Below, piece after piece: positions 50,228 to 59,525 of a DNA stretch of 64,000 nt. This stretch comes from Fimbriimonadia bacterium (GTDB lineage: Bacteria > Armatimonadota > Fimbriimonadia > Fimbriimonadales > JABRVX01). The first letter of the stretch is position 1; every line of letters starts with the position of its first letter. Below the pieces are notes generated by a model. That model did no database searches, was not told the origin of the DNA, and saw nothing but the letters and a program-made list of their open reading frames with translations. A program made the position numbers and the translations under genes. The stretch spans positions 159,198-223,197 of the forward strand of contig JBGPGO010000006.1 of assembly GCA_041483895.1 (NCBI GenBank), given 5' to 3'.

Positions 50228-50315
50228 TTGCCTGACGGGCCCGGAAACGGGTATCCTACGGGCGAACTAAATATGCGAAACCGAGGAGAGAGGGTTCGCC
50301 CGCTCTCCCTTTTTT
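50228..50315 (+). promoter_or_regulatory. nusA promoter and rimP-leader-like attenuator hairpin
   Basis: TTGCCT-N18-TATCCT, then GGAGAGAGGG-TTCG-CCCGCTCTCC and a T-run at 50285-50315. Confidence 0.65.
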
Positions 50316-50343
50316 ATCCGGTAGGACCGGGAGACAAAAAAAT

Positions 50344-51519
50344 ATGGACAGAGAGTTCTTTGACGCTCTACGGCAGCTTGCCGTAGAAAGGAATATCGAC
50401 TTACAGGAGCTGGAAGAGACCACTGAGGCGGCCCTAGCCAGCGCCTATAAGAAGCATGTCGGAGCGACCGGCGAGGTCACCGTACGCATCGACACGACCG
50501 CTAACACGATCAACGCCATCTGCGATAAAGAAGTGGTGGGGATCGTTACCAACCCGTATTTCCAGATTAGCCTTGAACAGGCTCTCAAGGCCGACCCCGA
50601 GAGCGAGATTGGGGACTTCATCGGCGTGCCCGTCTCGCCCCAGACATTTGGCCGCATCGCCGCCCAGACCGCCAAACAGATGCTGCTCCAGAAGCTGCGC
50701 GAGAGTGAGCGGAAGAGGATTTTCGAGGAGTTCGAATCGCGGGTGACCGAGGTGGTTTCGGGAATCGTCCAGCGGCGCGAGAAGGACAACGTATACGTTC
50801 AGGTCGGCAAAATTGAGACCGTGATGCCCAAGCGGGAGCAGGTCCCGACAGAGCCGTACCGGTTCAACGATCGGGTCCGGGTCTATGTGCTTCGGGTCGA
50901 GGAGGGGCGGATGGGCGCGATGGTGACCGTCTCGCGAACGCATCCCGGCCTGTTGCGAAAGCTGTTTGAGCTTGAGGTGCCGGAAATCGAGGCCGGAACC
51001 GTTTTGATTCATGGCGTTGCCCGCGAACCCGGTCAGCGATCGAAAATCTCGGTCAGCACCACCGATCCGCGCGTGGACCCGATCGGGTCTTGCGTGGGGC
51101 AGCGGGGCGCCCGCGTGAATGCCATCGTGGATGAGCTGTATGGCGAGAAGGTGGATATCATCCCCTTTTCCGAAGATTCGATCCAGTACATCACGTCATC
51201 CCTCAGCCCCGCCAAGGTGAACAAGGTGTTCTTGAACCCGGAACACCAGAGCGCTTACGTTGTGGTCCCGGACACGCAATTGTCCTTGGCTATTGGCAAG
51301 GGCGGCCAGAATGTGCGATTGGCCGCGCGACTGACCGATTGGAAGATCGACATCCGCAGCGAGGCGCAGTTCATTGAGGAGAAGGCAAGCGGCGCGTTCA
51401 AAGAACCGATTGTCGTCGTTGTCGAGGAGCCGCCGGAAGTTGCCGCCGAATCAGCGCCGAGCGATAGCGTCGAAAGCGGGGCCCAAGAGCAGCAGCCCGT
51501 AGAGGTTAAGCAGGATTAG
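50344..51519 (+). CDS. nusA: Transcription termination/antitermination factor NusA
   Basis: FGRIAAQTAKQ, S1 domain, KH motifs CVGQRGAR and AIGKGGQNVRLA. Confidence 0.98.
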   Translation: MDREFFDALRQLAVERNIDLQELEETTEAALASAYKKHVGATGEVTVRIDTTANTINAICDKEVVGIVTNPYFQISLEQALKADPESEIGDFIGVPVSPQTFGRIAAQTAKQMLLQKLRESERKRIFEEFESRVTEVVSGIVQRREKDNVYVQVGKIETVMPKREQVPTEPYRFNDRVRVYVLRVEEGRMGAMVTVSRTHPGLLRKLFELEVPEIEAGTVLIHGVAREPGQRSKISVSTTDPRVDPIGSCVGQRGARVNAIVDELYGEKVDIIPFSEDSIQYITSSLSPAKVNKVFLNPEHQSAYVVVPDTQLSLAIGKGGQNVRLAARLTDWKIDIRSEAQFIEEKASGAFKEPIVVVVEEPPEVAAESAPSDSVESGAQEQQPVEVKQD

Positions 51520-52881
51520 GAATGTGACAAGAAGGCCGCCGGCCAGCCCGGCGGCCTTTTTTGGCGCCAGCTTCACCAAACCGAGGGTCAGTCCGGCCGA
51601 AATGGGGGCGATTGCCGGCAGCAGATACCGCGCCTGCGCCTGGAAATAGGTCATGTTGAATCGCAGAAATCCGAGAAAGACGAGTGCGAAGAGGAGCCAG
51701 GACAGGGCGCTTGCCCGGACTTCCGCTATGGGGTTTCGCCGGACGTTGGTGGCGAGGGCCGTAAGGCAAACGAGACCGCAGACGATATAGACCCAGGCCG
51801 GGAACAGCAGCTGAGCGTAGCTGAAAACGCCGAACAGAGATCGGAACGTCCACCATCCCACCCATTGGAACAGATAGGCGGGGCCGCCGTATGCGCCGAT
51901 GAACATTTCCGCCCGTGGCGATCCGGTGAAGCCCTCCTGAAAGATGCGCATTCCCAGCGGGTCGCCGTAGAGCGATGCGTTCCGGGCGAACCACGGCGCG
52001 GAGATAATCAGGGCGACCATTAAGATGATGGCCGACGCCATGATGGCTCCGGCGATAGAACCTCCCTTTTCCCCCACCCCCGCTTGCGCCGCTCTGGAAA
52101 CCCCCTCCCCCGCTAGCGGTTGCGGCTCCGACGGAGCGGAGCCCTCCAAGACTCCCTCCCCCGCTTGCGGGGGAGGGTTGGGGTGGGGGCTTCTTCGTGC
52201 TGCCAGCAACGGCGCCAACGCGCAAAACGCCACGAGCACCAAAGCGCTGGTCTTCGTGAGCAGCGCCAGCCCGCAAAGAACGCCGATCGCCAACGCCCGC
52301 CGCCAAGACCAACCGGCAACGCCGCCATCAATGCAGAGCAGCAACCCGAACGTACACCAGACAATCAATAATGGATCGTTGGAGACGGACGACGAGAGCG
52401 TGAGAAAGCTGGGAAACAGAGCGGCGACGGCGGCGATGGTCACGGCGTACGGCCGAGCCAGCCGCAACCCCACAAAATAGACGCCCCAAACGGCGGCCAG
52501 ACCCATGAAACTGGTGAGGAGCCGCAGGACAAACCCATCTGATTCGCCGCTCAACTTCTCGATGGGAACGCAGAGCAGATAGTAGAGTGGCGGCTGATGA
52601 TTCTCATAACCTTCCCCATCGCCGACCCGGAAAACCGGAAACTTCCCGCCGGCCAGCATGCGCACATAGTTGACATGCGCCCGTTCATCCGGCGCTCCGA
52701 TATCCGTGATGAGCGGCCCTTCCGCCTGCGAATACCGCGACAGGTCGGCGGACATATCGATGCCGCTCGGCACATACAGGCCCCCGGTTCGATAGGGCGT
52801 TCGCAGGTTGTAGCCAATCGCCAGCGCGAGGAACAGCGCGCTGACCCCGACCATAGCGAGCAGATTCCGATTCTTATCCAC
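51451..52881 (-). CDS. GT-C (ArnT/PMT, GT39-like) membrane glycosyltransferase
   Basis: APDERAHVNY, HQPPLYY, SNDP, ALLTK, PWFARN..LYGDP, QAQARYLLP. Many TM segments. Likely start GTG 52881. Confidence 0.82.
   Translation of the reverse strand: MDKNRNLLAMVGVSALFLALAIGYNLRTPYRTGGLYVPSGIDMSADLSRYSQAEGPLITDIGAPDERAHVNYVRMLAGGKFPVFRVGDGEGYENHQPPLYYLLCVPIEKLSGESDGFVLRLLTSFMGLAAVWGVYFVGLRLARPYAVTIAAVAALFPSFLTLSSSVSNDPLLIVWCTFGLLLCIDGGVAGWSWRRALAIGVLCGLALLTKTSALVLVAFCALAPLLAARRSPHPNPPPQAGEGVLEGSAPSEPQPLAGEGVSRAAQAGVGEKGGSIAGAIMASAIILMVALIISAPWFARNASLYGDPLGMRIFQEGFTGSPRAEMFIGAYGGPAYLFQWVGWWTFRSLFGVFSYAQLLFPAWVYIVCGLVCLTALATNVRRNPIAEVRASALSWLLFALVFLGFLRFNMTYFQAQARYLLPAIAPISAGLTLGLVKLAPKKAAGLAGGLLVTFLILLNLYGLLLLGPAFDAIARR
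52063..52189. repeat. Family D palindromic repeats inserted in frame within the glycosyltransferase
   Basis: CTCCCTCCCCCGCTTGCGGGGGAGGGTTGGGGTGGGGG at 52152-52189, with degenerate copies at 52071-52088 and 52101-52119. Confidence 0.85.
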
Positions 52882-52991
52882 AATAGAGGCACACTGGTAT
52901 TTCTCCCGGACCGTGTAGGCTTCGGCAGGAGGAGGGTCAATCCTGCCGAACTGGAAAATACCTACGCACGGGGAAGAGTTAGGAGCACAAA

Positions 52992-54458
52992 ATGCGCGCA
53001 CTGTTTGAATTGGCGGCCGTGGCCGTTGCCGCGACCGTTTCCGCACAGGAACCCACAAACAACACCTTCGATACTCAACTCAAAACGGTTTCGATTTTCA
53101 AAGACGGCTTCGGATACTACGTACGAGAGGGCAAGGTGAAGCTGGAAGACGGCTGGGCAACCGCCAAGAGCCTTCCGACGGCCGTCCGGGGCACGATGTG
53201 GGTCTACCCTGGCGACGCGGGCGATTCCATCGACACCCTTTATTCCGTGAAGAGCAACGAGATCAGCGGCGGGGGGGCCGACGCGATCAAGAAGGCTCTG
53301 GCGAACAAGATTGGTCTGGACGTTGTCGTTACCGCATCGAACAAGACCTTTGCCGGCAAGCTGTCGCGATTGGACGCCGATATGCTGATGCTGGATGTTG
53401 GCGGCGCTTTCACGGCAATCACCTATGGATCGATCCAAAAAGTGGTGTTGCCTGGATTTGGGCTGCGCGTGAAGCTGAAGACCGACAAGCCCGAGAAGGT
53501 GACCACCATCGGCATCGCCTACGTGCAAGAGGGCGCGCGATGGGAGCCGAGCTATATTCTGAACATGAAGGCGGGCGGTGCGGCTACGATGGCGCTCCGA
53601 GGTACCGTGCTGAACCTTCCCGAAACGCTGAAGAACTGCGATATCCGTTTCGTTGTCGGAAGTCCGCAACTTGTCAATCGGGGACAAGGCGACACGTTTA
53701 CCACCGCGGCGCTCAAGGAGTTGGAGGCCGATAAAGATGACGCCAGAAGAGGTCAGGCGGCCGATGAAAAGAAGGCGCCGACGCTGACGGCCACGCCGCC
53801 ACCGTTTGCGGCGGGAGAGGGGTCGGGAGAACTGTACTTCTACACCAAAACCGGATTCAACATCGAAAAGGGCGACACCGCGATGGTCACCATTTTCGAG
53901 CAACCCACGACGGTTAAGCCGCAGTACGAGTGGCTTGCCGATGTGGACGAGTTGACCTATATTCTCAAGATCGATAACAGCTCCGGGCAGCCGTTCACCG
54001 ATGGGCCGGTATTTGTGGTGGAAGACGGGCGTCCGCTGGGGCAGGAGACGATCAAGTTTACGCCGAGCGGTTCGACGGCGGAGTTGCGGTTGGCGCGTGG
54101 CTTTGGGCTGCGGACGGAGAAGACGGACATCGAGACCGGGCGCGGCGGGGTGCTGACCGTCGGCAAGACCCAGTTCCTGCCGGTGAAGATGAAGGGAACG
54201 CTGAAGGTCACCAACTTCCGGAATACAGAGGCGCCGATCAAGATCACCCGGACGGTGCGCGGGAAGATGACCACCATCGGCCAAAATGGTGTCGTCAAAG
54301 ACACCCAAGTATTTACGGGCGATCCGAACGCGGTGTATAAGATCGAGTGGAACGCCACGATCCCCGCCAACGGCACGATGAGCTTTGACTACGAATACGA
54401 GACCTACACGGCGATCGCCAAGCTCGGCGGCCCGCCGGTCCCGGAGGGGGAGGGATAA
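52992..54458 (+). CDS. DUF4139/DUF4140-like secreted protein
   Basis: Signal peptide, VSIFKDGFGY start, WEPSY, GELYFY, LKIDNSSGQP..DGPV. AGGAG RBS. Confidence 0.75.
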   Translation: MRALFELAAVAVAATVSAQEPTNNTFDTQLKTVSIFKDGFGYYVREGKVKLEDGWATAKSLPTAVRGTMWVYPGDAGDSIDTLYSVKSNEISGGGADAIKKALANKIGLDVVVTASNKTFAGKLSRLDADMLMLDVGGAFTAITYGSIQKVVLPGFGLRVKLKTDKPEKVTTIGIAYVQEGARWEPSYILNMKAGGAATMALRGTVLNLPETLKNCDIRFVVGSPQLVNRGQGDTFTTAALKELEADKDDARRGQAADEKKAPTLTATPPPFAAGEGSGELYFYTKTGFNIEKGDTAMVTIFEQPTTVKPQYEWLADVDELTYILKIDNSSGQPFTDGPVFVVEDGRPLGQETIKFTPSGSTAELRLARGFGLRTEKTDIETGRGGVLTVGKTQFLPVKMKGTLKVTNFRNTEAPIKITRTVRGKMTTIGQNGVVKDTQVFTGDPNAVYKIEWNATIPANGTMSFDYEYETYTAIAKLGGPPVPEGEG

Positions 54459-54561
54459 CATCGAGATCCATTTGAAAACCCTCCATGCTTTGACCTTTTG
54501 AAGGGCTGCCGGTTTGCAGATTGTGGTAAGATAGATTGCAATTGCAATCCGCTTAATTGAA

Positions 54562-56376
54562 TTGTTGGCAGGAGGATGGAAAGTGAGCAACTGGGATTTC
54601 AGGAAGGAACGGCGTCATCTAGTTCTTGGATTGTTGTCGTTCCGGTATATCCGTCTTTGGTGGACCGTCGGTTTTGTGGCGCTGGTTGTGCTAACGGCTC
54701 CCGCGCAGCTTGGGACGACGGCGCGTGTGTCGGTTTCGTCGACCTGGCAGCAGGGGAACGGCGTCACCCGGTCTCCCTCCATCAGTGCCGACGGACGGTA
54801 TGTAGCGTTTTGGAGCAATGCTGCCAATTTGGTCCCCAGCGACAACAACGGATATGCCGACGTATTCGTTCGCGACCGCCAGACTGGACAAACCGAACTC
54901 GTTTCCGTATCTTCCTCGGGCATTGAAGCGAATGGTGACTGCTTCTTGCCCTCAATCAGTGCGGACGGTCGATATGTGGCATTTGAGAGCTCGGCTTCAA
55001 ACTTGGTCTTGGCAGACATCAACGCCACGGTGGATGTCTTCATTCACGACCGCCAAACAGGACTGACTGCAATTGTATCCGTATCGTCCACGGGTCAACA
55101 GGGGAACGGTAACAGCAGTATTCCTGAAATCAGTGCGAACGGGCGATACGTTGCATATCAAAGTTCCGCTTCGAACCTGGCCCCTGGAGACGCGAACGGC
55201 GCCGTGGACGTTTTCGTTCACGATTGCGACGCCGGAGAGACCACTCGCGTTAGCATTTCCTCGTCCGATCAGCAGGGAAACGGCGATAGCTATCGTCCCT
55301 CCATTAGCGGTGATGGGCGATACGTAGCGTTTAGCAGCCTTGCCTCTAACCTGGTCCTAGATGACACGAACGGCACAGTTGATGTTTTCGTTCACGACCG
55401 CCTGACGAAGACCACTGAAAGGGTCTCTGTCTCCTCGATCGGCCAACAAGCGACCGCCGATTGCCATTTTTCATCCATTTCCACAGACGGACGATATGTG
55501 GCGTTTCACAGCAATGCGAGCAATTTGGTGCCAGGCGACACGGACGGCCTGGATGTCTTTATTCGCGACCGTGAAACGAGTACCACTGAGCGAGTATCGG
55601 ACACTTATTCAGGGGAACCCTCAAATGGTGGCAGCTACTTTGCGGCTATCAGTGGTGATGGGCGATTTGTCGCCTTTACCAGCTCCGCTTCCAACCTAGT
55701 CCCTTGGGACACCCACCACATCTCTAACGTTTTCGTTCGCGACCGCCTAGCTGGGCAGACCTCGCTCGTTTCTGTATCGTCCTCGGGGCTCTTGGGGAAT
55801 TGCGGTAGTGATAATTCTGCCATTAGTTTGGATGGACGATTTGTCGGATTTGATGGTTGCAATACAAACCTGGTCGCCGAAGATACGAATGACGCAGAGG
55901 ATGTGTTCGTGCATCAGATCGATTCCGGTCCTGGATGGGGTGACGCGGAGGTAAACCTCGCTGGCCAATTGAAGCCGGATAGTTACTCCGGCGCCATGCC
56001 GGCAAGCTTGATGTTTGAGTTCCGCAATCAGGGAGAGACTACGCCGTTCGACACCAGGACGGCCACCATCGCCCCGGACGGCACCTACACTGTCACGGCC
56101 TACGCGAGGCAGATGGATGCGAGCGTCAAGACCCTCTCCTGGCTACGGCGCACGATACCCACAGACGCGCGCTCAGGGTCGGTCAGTGGGCTGGACATGA
56201 CCTTCGACATTGGGGACGCGAATGAAAACAATTCCGTGGATCTCTTCGATCTCAATGCAGTGTTCACTGCGTACGGTGACTCCGGCGGGCCCGCTGACGT
56301 CCAGGGCGACGGTGTAGTTGACTTGCGAGATCTGAACATCATCTTCCTCAACTTCGGCCTGTTCGGCGATCCCTAG
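54562..56376 (+). CDS. TolB-like (PD40/WD40-type) beta-propeller repeat protein with C-terminal dockerin-like domain; start uncertain
   Basis: Seven PSISADGRYVAF.S.ASNLV..D.N...DVFV.D repeats. DVQGDGVVDLRD...FLNFGLFGDP end. Confidence 0.85.
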   Translation: MLAGGWKVSNWDFRKERRHLVLGLLSFRYIRLWWTVGFVALVVLTAPAQLGTTARVSVSSTWQQGNGVTRSPSISADGRYVAFWSNAANLVPSDNNGYADVFVRDRQTGQTELVSVSSSGIEANGDCFLPSISADGRYVAFESSASNLVLADINATVDVFIHDRQTGLTAIVSVSSTGQQGNGNSSIPEISANGRYVAYQSSASNLAPGDANGAVDVFVHDCDAGETTRVSISSSDQQGNGDSYRPSISGDGRYVAFSSLASNLVLDDTNGTVDVFVHDRLTKTTERVSVSSIGQQATADCHFSSISTDGRYVAFHSNASNLVPGDTDGLDVFIRDRETSTTERVSDTYSGEPSNGGSYFAAISGDGRFVAFTSSASNLVPWDTHHISNVFVRDRLAGQTSLVSVSSSGLLGNCGSDNSAISLDGRFVGFDGCNTNLVAEDTNDAEDVFVHQIDSGPGWGDAEVNLAGQLKPDSYSGAMPASLMFEFRNQGETTPFDTRTATIAPDGTYTVTAYARQMDASVKTLSWLRRTIPTDARSGSVSGLDMTFDIGDANENNSVDLFDLNAVFTAYGDSGGPADVQGDGVVDLRDLNIIFLNFGLFGDP

Positions 56377-56400
56377 ACCAACACCGGGACCATGGGGGCG
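56372..56400 (-). pseudogene. Duplicate of the nuoF 3' end (APMVPVLV*)
   Basis: 27/29 nt identical to 62711-62739. Confidence 0.85.
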
Positions 56401-56402
56401 GG

Positions 56403-56476
56403 GCGATCAAGAACACGTAGGTGTTCACGGGTGATCCGAACGCGGCAGCCCGCCTGTGCCGGAGGGGGATGGGTAA
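56403..56476 (+). pseudogene. Diverged, internally deleted duplicate of the DUF4139 gene 3' end
   Basis: AIKNT*VFTGDPNA joined to GSPPVPEGDG*, versus VVKDTQVFTGDPNA and GGPPVPEGEG* in 52992..54458. Confidence 0.88.
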
Positions 56477-56617
56477 CGCTGGCATCCTGCCGGCAGATGC
56501 GGCTGGTCGCCCGACCGAGTCGCCGGAACGAAGATGCGACCGGTCTCCCGACCGAGTCGCAAGTCGCCTGAGTCGCGGGTCGCCCACAAGATGCGACCGG
56601 TCTCCCGACCGAGTCGC
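56473..56617. repeat. BIME-like cluster: GTAA companion repeat plus three family A copies
   Basis: GTAACGCTGGCATCCTGCCGGCA at 56473-56495. GATGCGACCGGTCTCCCGACCGAGTCGC-type copies at 56496-56522, 56533-56561 and 56590-56617. Confidence 0.88.
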
Positions 56618-56654
56618 CGGTAATTAGGATTCGTGTGATAAGCTAGTATCCAGG

Positions 56655-57641
56655 ATGTCTGTGATATCACCGGAACGGGAAAAGGGGCTGCAATCGCTCA
56701 CGGAAAAGGAGCGGGAGGTCCTGCGCCTGCTCGGCGAGCTTGGCGTCAACAAATTGGTGGCCGCGAAAATGGGTCTGTCGGCAAAATCAGTCGAGCACCA
56801 GTTGAAAAGTATTCGCGCCAAACTTGAGGTGGGCACTTCCGTGGAAGCCGTCAGCCTATACAGCGCTTGGCGGGCCGGGCCAGATGTCGAAACCACCGCC
56901 GAGACAGAAGCCGTACGCCGCCGGGTAAGTCCTTGGGTCTGGGCCATCGGGTCGCTCGTCGTCGTAACCCTGGCTCTCGCCGGCTGGAAATTCTGGGCGG
57001 CCGCCCCTGTGAACCATGAACCCAAACTGCCGTCTTTGGATGAATTCAATGAAAAGCAGCTTGACGGTAACTGGACCGCAAAGTACGGACAAGGAAGCGT
57101 CTCCCTGACCGACCATCCGGGATACCTGCGCTACTCCCTGGGCGGCAAGACGGACCCCGGCGATGCGAAGGCGTTCAAGCTGTTCCGGACCTTCACCGGC
57201 CGAAGATGGACGCTCGAGTTTCAAGTGGAATATCACCTTCCTCGCGGTACCGGCAGGCAACTCTATTTTAGAGTCTGGTTCGGGGACGCGATGGCGGCCA
57301 ATACGCCGAGCGTCGTATGGTACCGGTGCAGAGATGACGGTGCGGTCCTTCCAGACGAGGTCGGGATCGATATGATGGAAGGCAAATTCGAAACCAAGTC
57401 GCCGGACAAGCAGTTCTCCAAAGATGGCGGGATCATACGCATTGTCCGTCAGGGCAACATCGTGAAGGTGGAGGGGTCGGAAGACGGGCAACCGTTCCGA
57501 GTGTTGGCGGTGCATCCGTTCGTCTCCCGCCTGCCGGGTCGGCAAACGATCCAAATCAGCGGGGGGTCCTTCGGTTCTGCCGGCGGCCACGCGGACTACG
57601 ACTTCATCCGCCACACTTCCGCCACCAACCTTCTGCCGTAG
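56655..57641 (+). CDS. Membrane-anchored LuxR-type HTH regulator with extracytoplasmic ConA/beta-sandwich-like domain
   Basis: LTEKEREVLRLL...NKLVAAKMGLSAKSVEHQLKSIRAKL HTH, one TM (WVWAIGSLVVVTLALAGW), DEFNEKQLDGNW...SLTDHPGYLR...ADYDFIR domain. Confidence 0.8.
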   Translation: MSVISPEREKGLQSLTEKEREVLRLLGELGVNKLVAAKMGLSAKSVEHQLKSIRAKLEVGTSVEAVSLYSAWRAGPDVETTAETEAVRRRVSPWVWAIGSLVVVTLALAGWKFWAAAPVNHEPKLPSLDEFNEKQLDGNWTAKYGQGSVSLTDHPGYLRYSLGGKTDPGDAKAFKLFRTFTGRRWTLEFQVEYHLPRGTGRQLYFRVWFGDAMAANTPSVVWYRCRDDGAVLPDEVGIDMMEGKFETKSPDKQFSKDGGIIRIVRQGNIVKVEGSEDGQPFRVLAVHPFVSRLPGRQTIQISGGSFGSAGGHADYDFIRHTSATNLLP

Positions 57642-57769
57642 GTAGATTCACCATAGGCGATTCCCCGTCTAGCATTTTCGCCTAACGTCCCGTATCCTCA
57701 AGTCGCTGTGTTTCTAGGCTACCCCGCCCCAGCTTGAGATGACCAGAATACGAGAGACGGGAGTTCAAA

Positions 57770-59524
57770 ATGTCCAAGAGAGCATTGATCTCGTGCCAGA
57801 GCCTACCGTTCTGTCCATGGCTTCGCCGCCGCTCGCGATTCCATTTCGACGACGTAAGGAGTAGAAACATGATTGCTGTCAACATTCCTCAAGTTCAATA
57901 TCAAGTAGATAGGCTGGTGAAGGCGGGAAGCGGTCAAGCGGTCTCGCAAGTTCGGCCATTTCAGCGCATTGTGCTAGTTCTGGCGGTGATAACAATCAAT
58001 TGTTTGTGCTTCTGCCTGAGTGCGGCGGCACAATCGGCGCCTCTGCCCACGCTCATGAATTACCAAGGGCGGCTGATGAAGGCGAACGGCGCCGCTGTTC
58101 CAGATGGCCCGTATCAAATCACCATCCGCGTTTACGACGACCTGGTCAGCACTGATTCCTCCCACCTCAGGTGGTCGGAGACGCAGACGGTCGTTGCGAA
58201 AAGCGGGGTTTTCGCCGTATTGCTCGGCCAGGTCACGCCGCTTACCTCAGCGGTCTTCTCCGGTGGCATGGTGTATCTGGAGATTCAGGAGGGTAACAAG
58301 CCTCCTTACAGCCCCAGGCAACCGATTGTCTGCGTTCCGTACGCCTTTCGCTCGGTTGAAGCTGACTTAGCGGACACGGTGAAAGATGGCGCCATCACGA
58401 ATCCAAAACTCGCGGACGATGCTGTGAGCGGGGCCAAGATCGCCAACTCGGGTGTTGGGGCCGGGAAGCTAGATTGGACAGGCTCGACGGCGGGGCAGGC
58501 CCTCACGAGCACGGGCTCCGGCGTCAACTGGGCAAACCCCATCGCCGGTTCGCTGAAGCTGCCGATGGAGATAAACATAGGCGGCAGCCCGGATGGCTTC
58601 GGTCTCGGCATCTACAACACAACGGGCATAGCGATTACTGGACTCACCGGCATTCAGGGCTGGGACCAACCTTTGGGCTTCACTGGCACCCTTGGGATGA
58701 CCTACGCTGGAAAATCAGCCGGGGTGTACGGTGGGAGCGGATACCACTTCCACGACTTCTGGAGTGGAACATATGGCGCGCTTGCCACCTCGGGCTTGGT
58801 CGGCGTCGTGGGCAGCTCGGAGCGGGGTGCGGGAGTTTGGGGGATTGGCAGCAATACTCCCGACAACACCTCATTAAATGTTATCGGGGTGAAGGGTACT
58901 GCGGTCGCCGGATCCGCAGGCTACTTTTCGAATACCGGCTTCGACCCCACGGTCCAGGTCCGCTACACTGGCACAGACGGCGGCCACTGGAATATTTACT
59001 CCCAGTCCCAGTATTATCCTGACGGCACTGGTGGGAACGGAGTCTATATCACAACATCAGAGGGTAAGGTTGGACTCCAGGTGGTCGGTGGGAGCAAGCA
59101 GGCCGTTGTGGCAACGTCGACCGGCGCGCGGAGCCTTTATTGCGAAGAAGCGACCGAGGTGATGTTCGCCGACTACGGGTTCGGACAACTGAAAGATGGG
59201 ATGGCCGTTATCACCATCGATCCGGTCTTTGCGGAGACGGTGGTCCTCAGCCAGCCCTACCACGTGTTCATAACGTCTTACGGGGACGCCGAGATCTATG
59301 TTCTGAACCGCACTGCGAAGACGTTCGAGGTGCATGCGCGGTCGGGTGAACCAAACGCCCAGTTCTCCTACCGGATCGTGGCGACTCGCAAGGGCTTTGA
59401 GAACAAGCGGCTGGAGCGCGCGCCATGGTCAGACACAGACCCGAATCTTTACCCTGGAAAACCTGATGCGGACCCGAAACATCTGCCGTCCGACAAGCCC
59501 GTCCGGTCGAAGGAGCTGAAGTGA
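57770..59524 (+). CDS. Secreted fibre-like protein: YQGRL N-domain, Gly-rich shaft, phage-tail-like C-terminal domain; true start probably downstream
   Basis: Hydrophobic signal ending AAA-Q, MNYQGRL..WSETQ..GVFAVLLG, AITNPKLADDAV repeats, GVYG/GVWG repeats, GSKQAVV..LYCEEATE..DYG..IDPVFAETV..FSYRIVATRKG. Confidence 0.7.
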   Translation: MSKRALISCQSLPFCPWLRRRSRFHFDDVRSRNMIAVNIPQVQYQVDRLVKAGSGQAVSQVRPFQRIVLVLAVITINCLCFCLSAAAQSAPLPTLMNYQGRLMKANGAAVPDGPYQITIRVYDDLVSTDSSHLRWSETQTVVAKSGVFAVLLGQVTPLTSAVFSGGMVYLEIQEGNKPPYSPRQPIVCVPYAFRSVEADLADTVKDGAITNPKLADDAVSGAKIANSGVGAGKLDWTGSTAGQALTSTGSGVNWANPIAGSLKLPMEINIGGSPDGFGLGIYNTTGIAITGLTGIQGWDQPLGFTGTLGMTYAGKSAGVYGGSGYHFHDFWSGTYGALATSGLVGVVGSSERGAGVWGIGSNTPDNTSLNVIGVKGTAVAGSAGYFSNTGFDPTVQVRYTGTDGGHWNIYSQSQYYPDGTGGNGVYITTSEGKVGLQVVGGSKQAVVATSTGARSLYCEEATEVMFADYGFGQLKDGMAVITIDPVFAETVVLSQPYHVFITSYGDAEIYVLNRTAKTFEVHARSGEPNAQFSYRIVATRKGFENKRLERAPWSDTDPNLYPGKPDADPKHLPSDKPVRSKELK

Positions 59525-59525
59525 G

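Noticed and set aside
52962..54590. 542-aa minus-strand ORF
   Set aside because: Antisense shadow of the DUF4139 gene, which has an RBS, a signal peptide and a natural composition.
57770..59524. Prophage tail gene
   Set aside because: The protein has a signal peptide, and no capsid, terminase, integrase or lysis genes are nearby.
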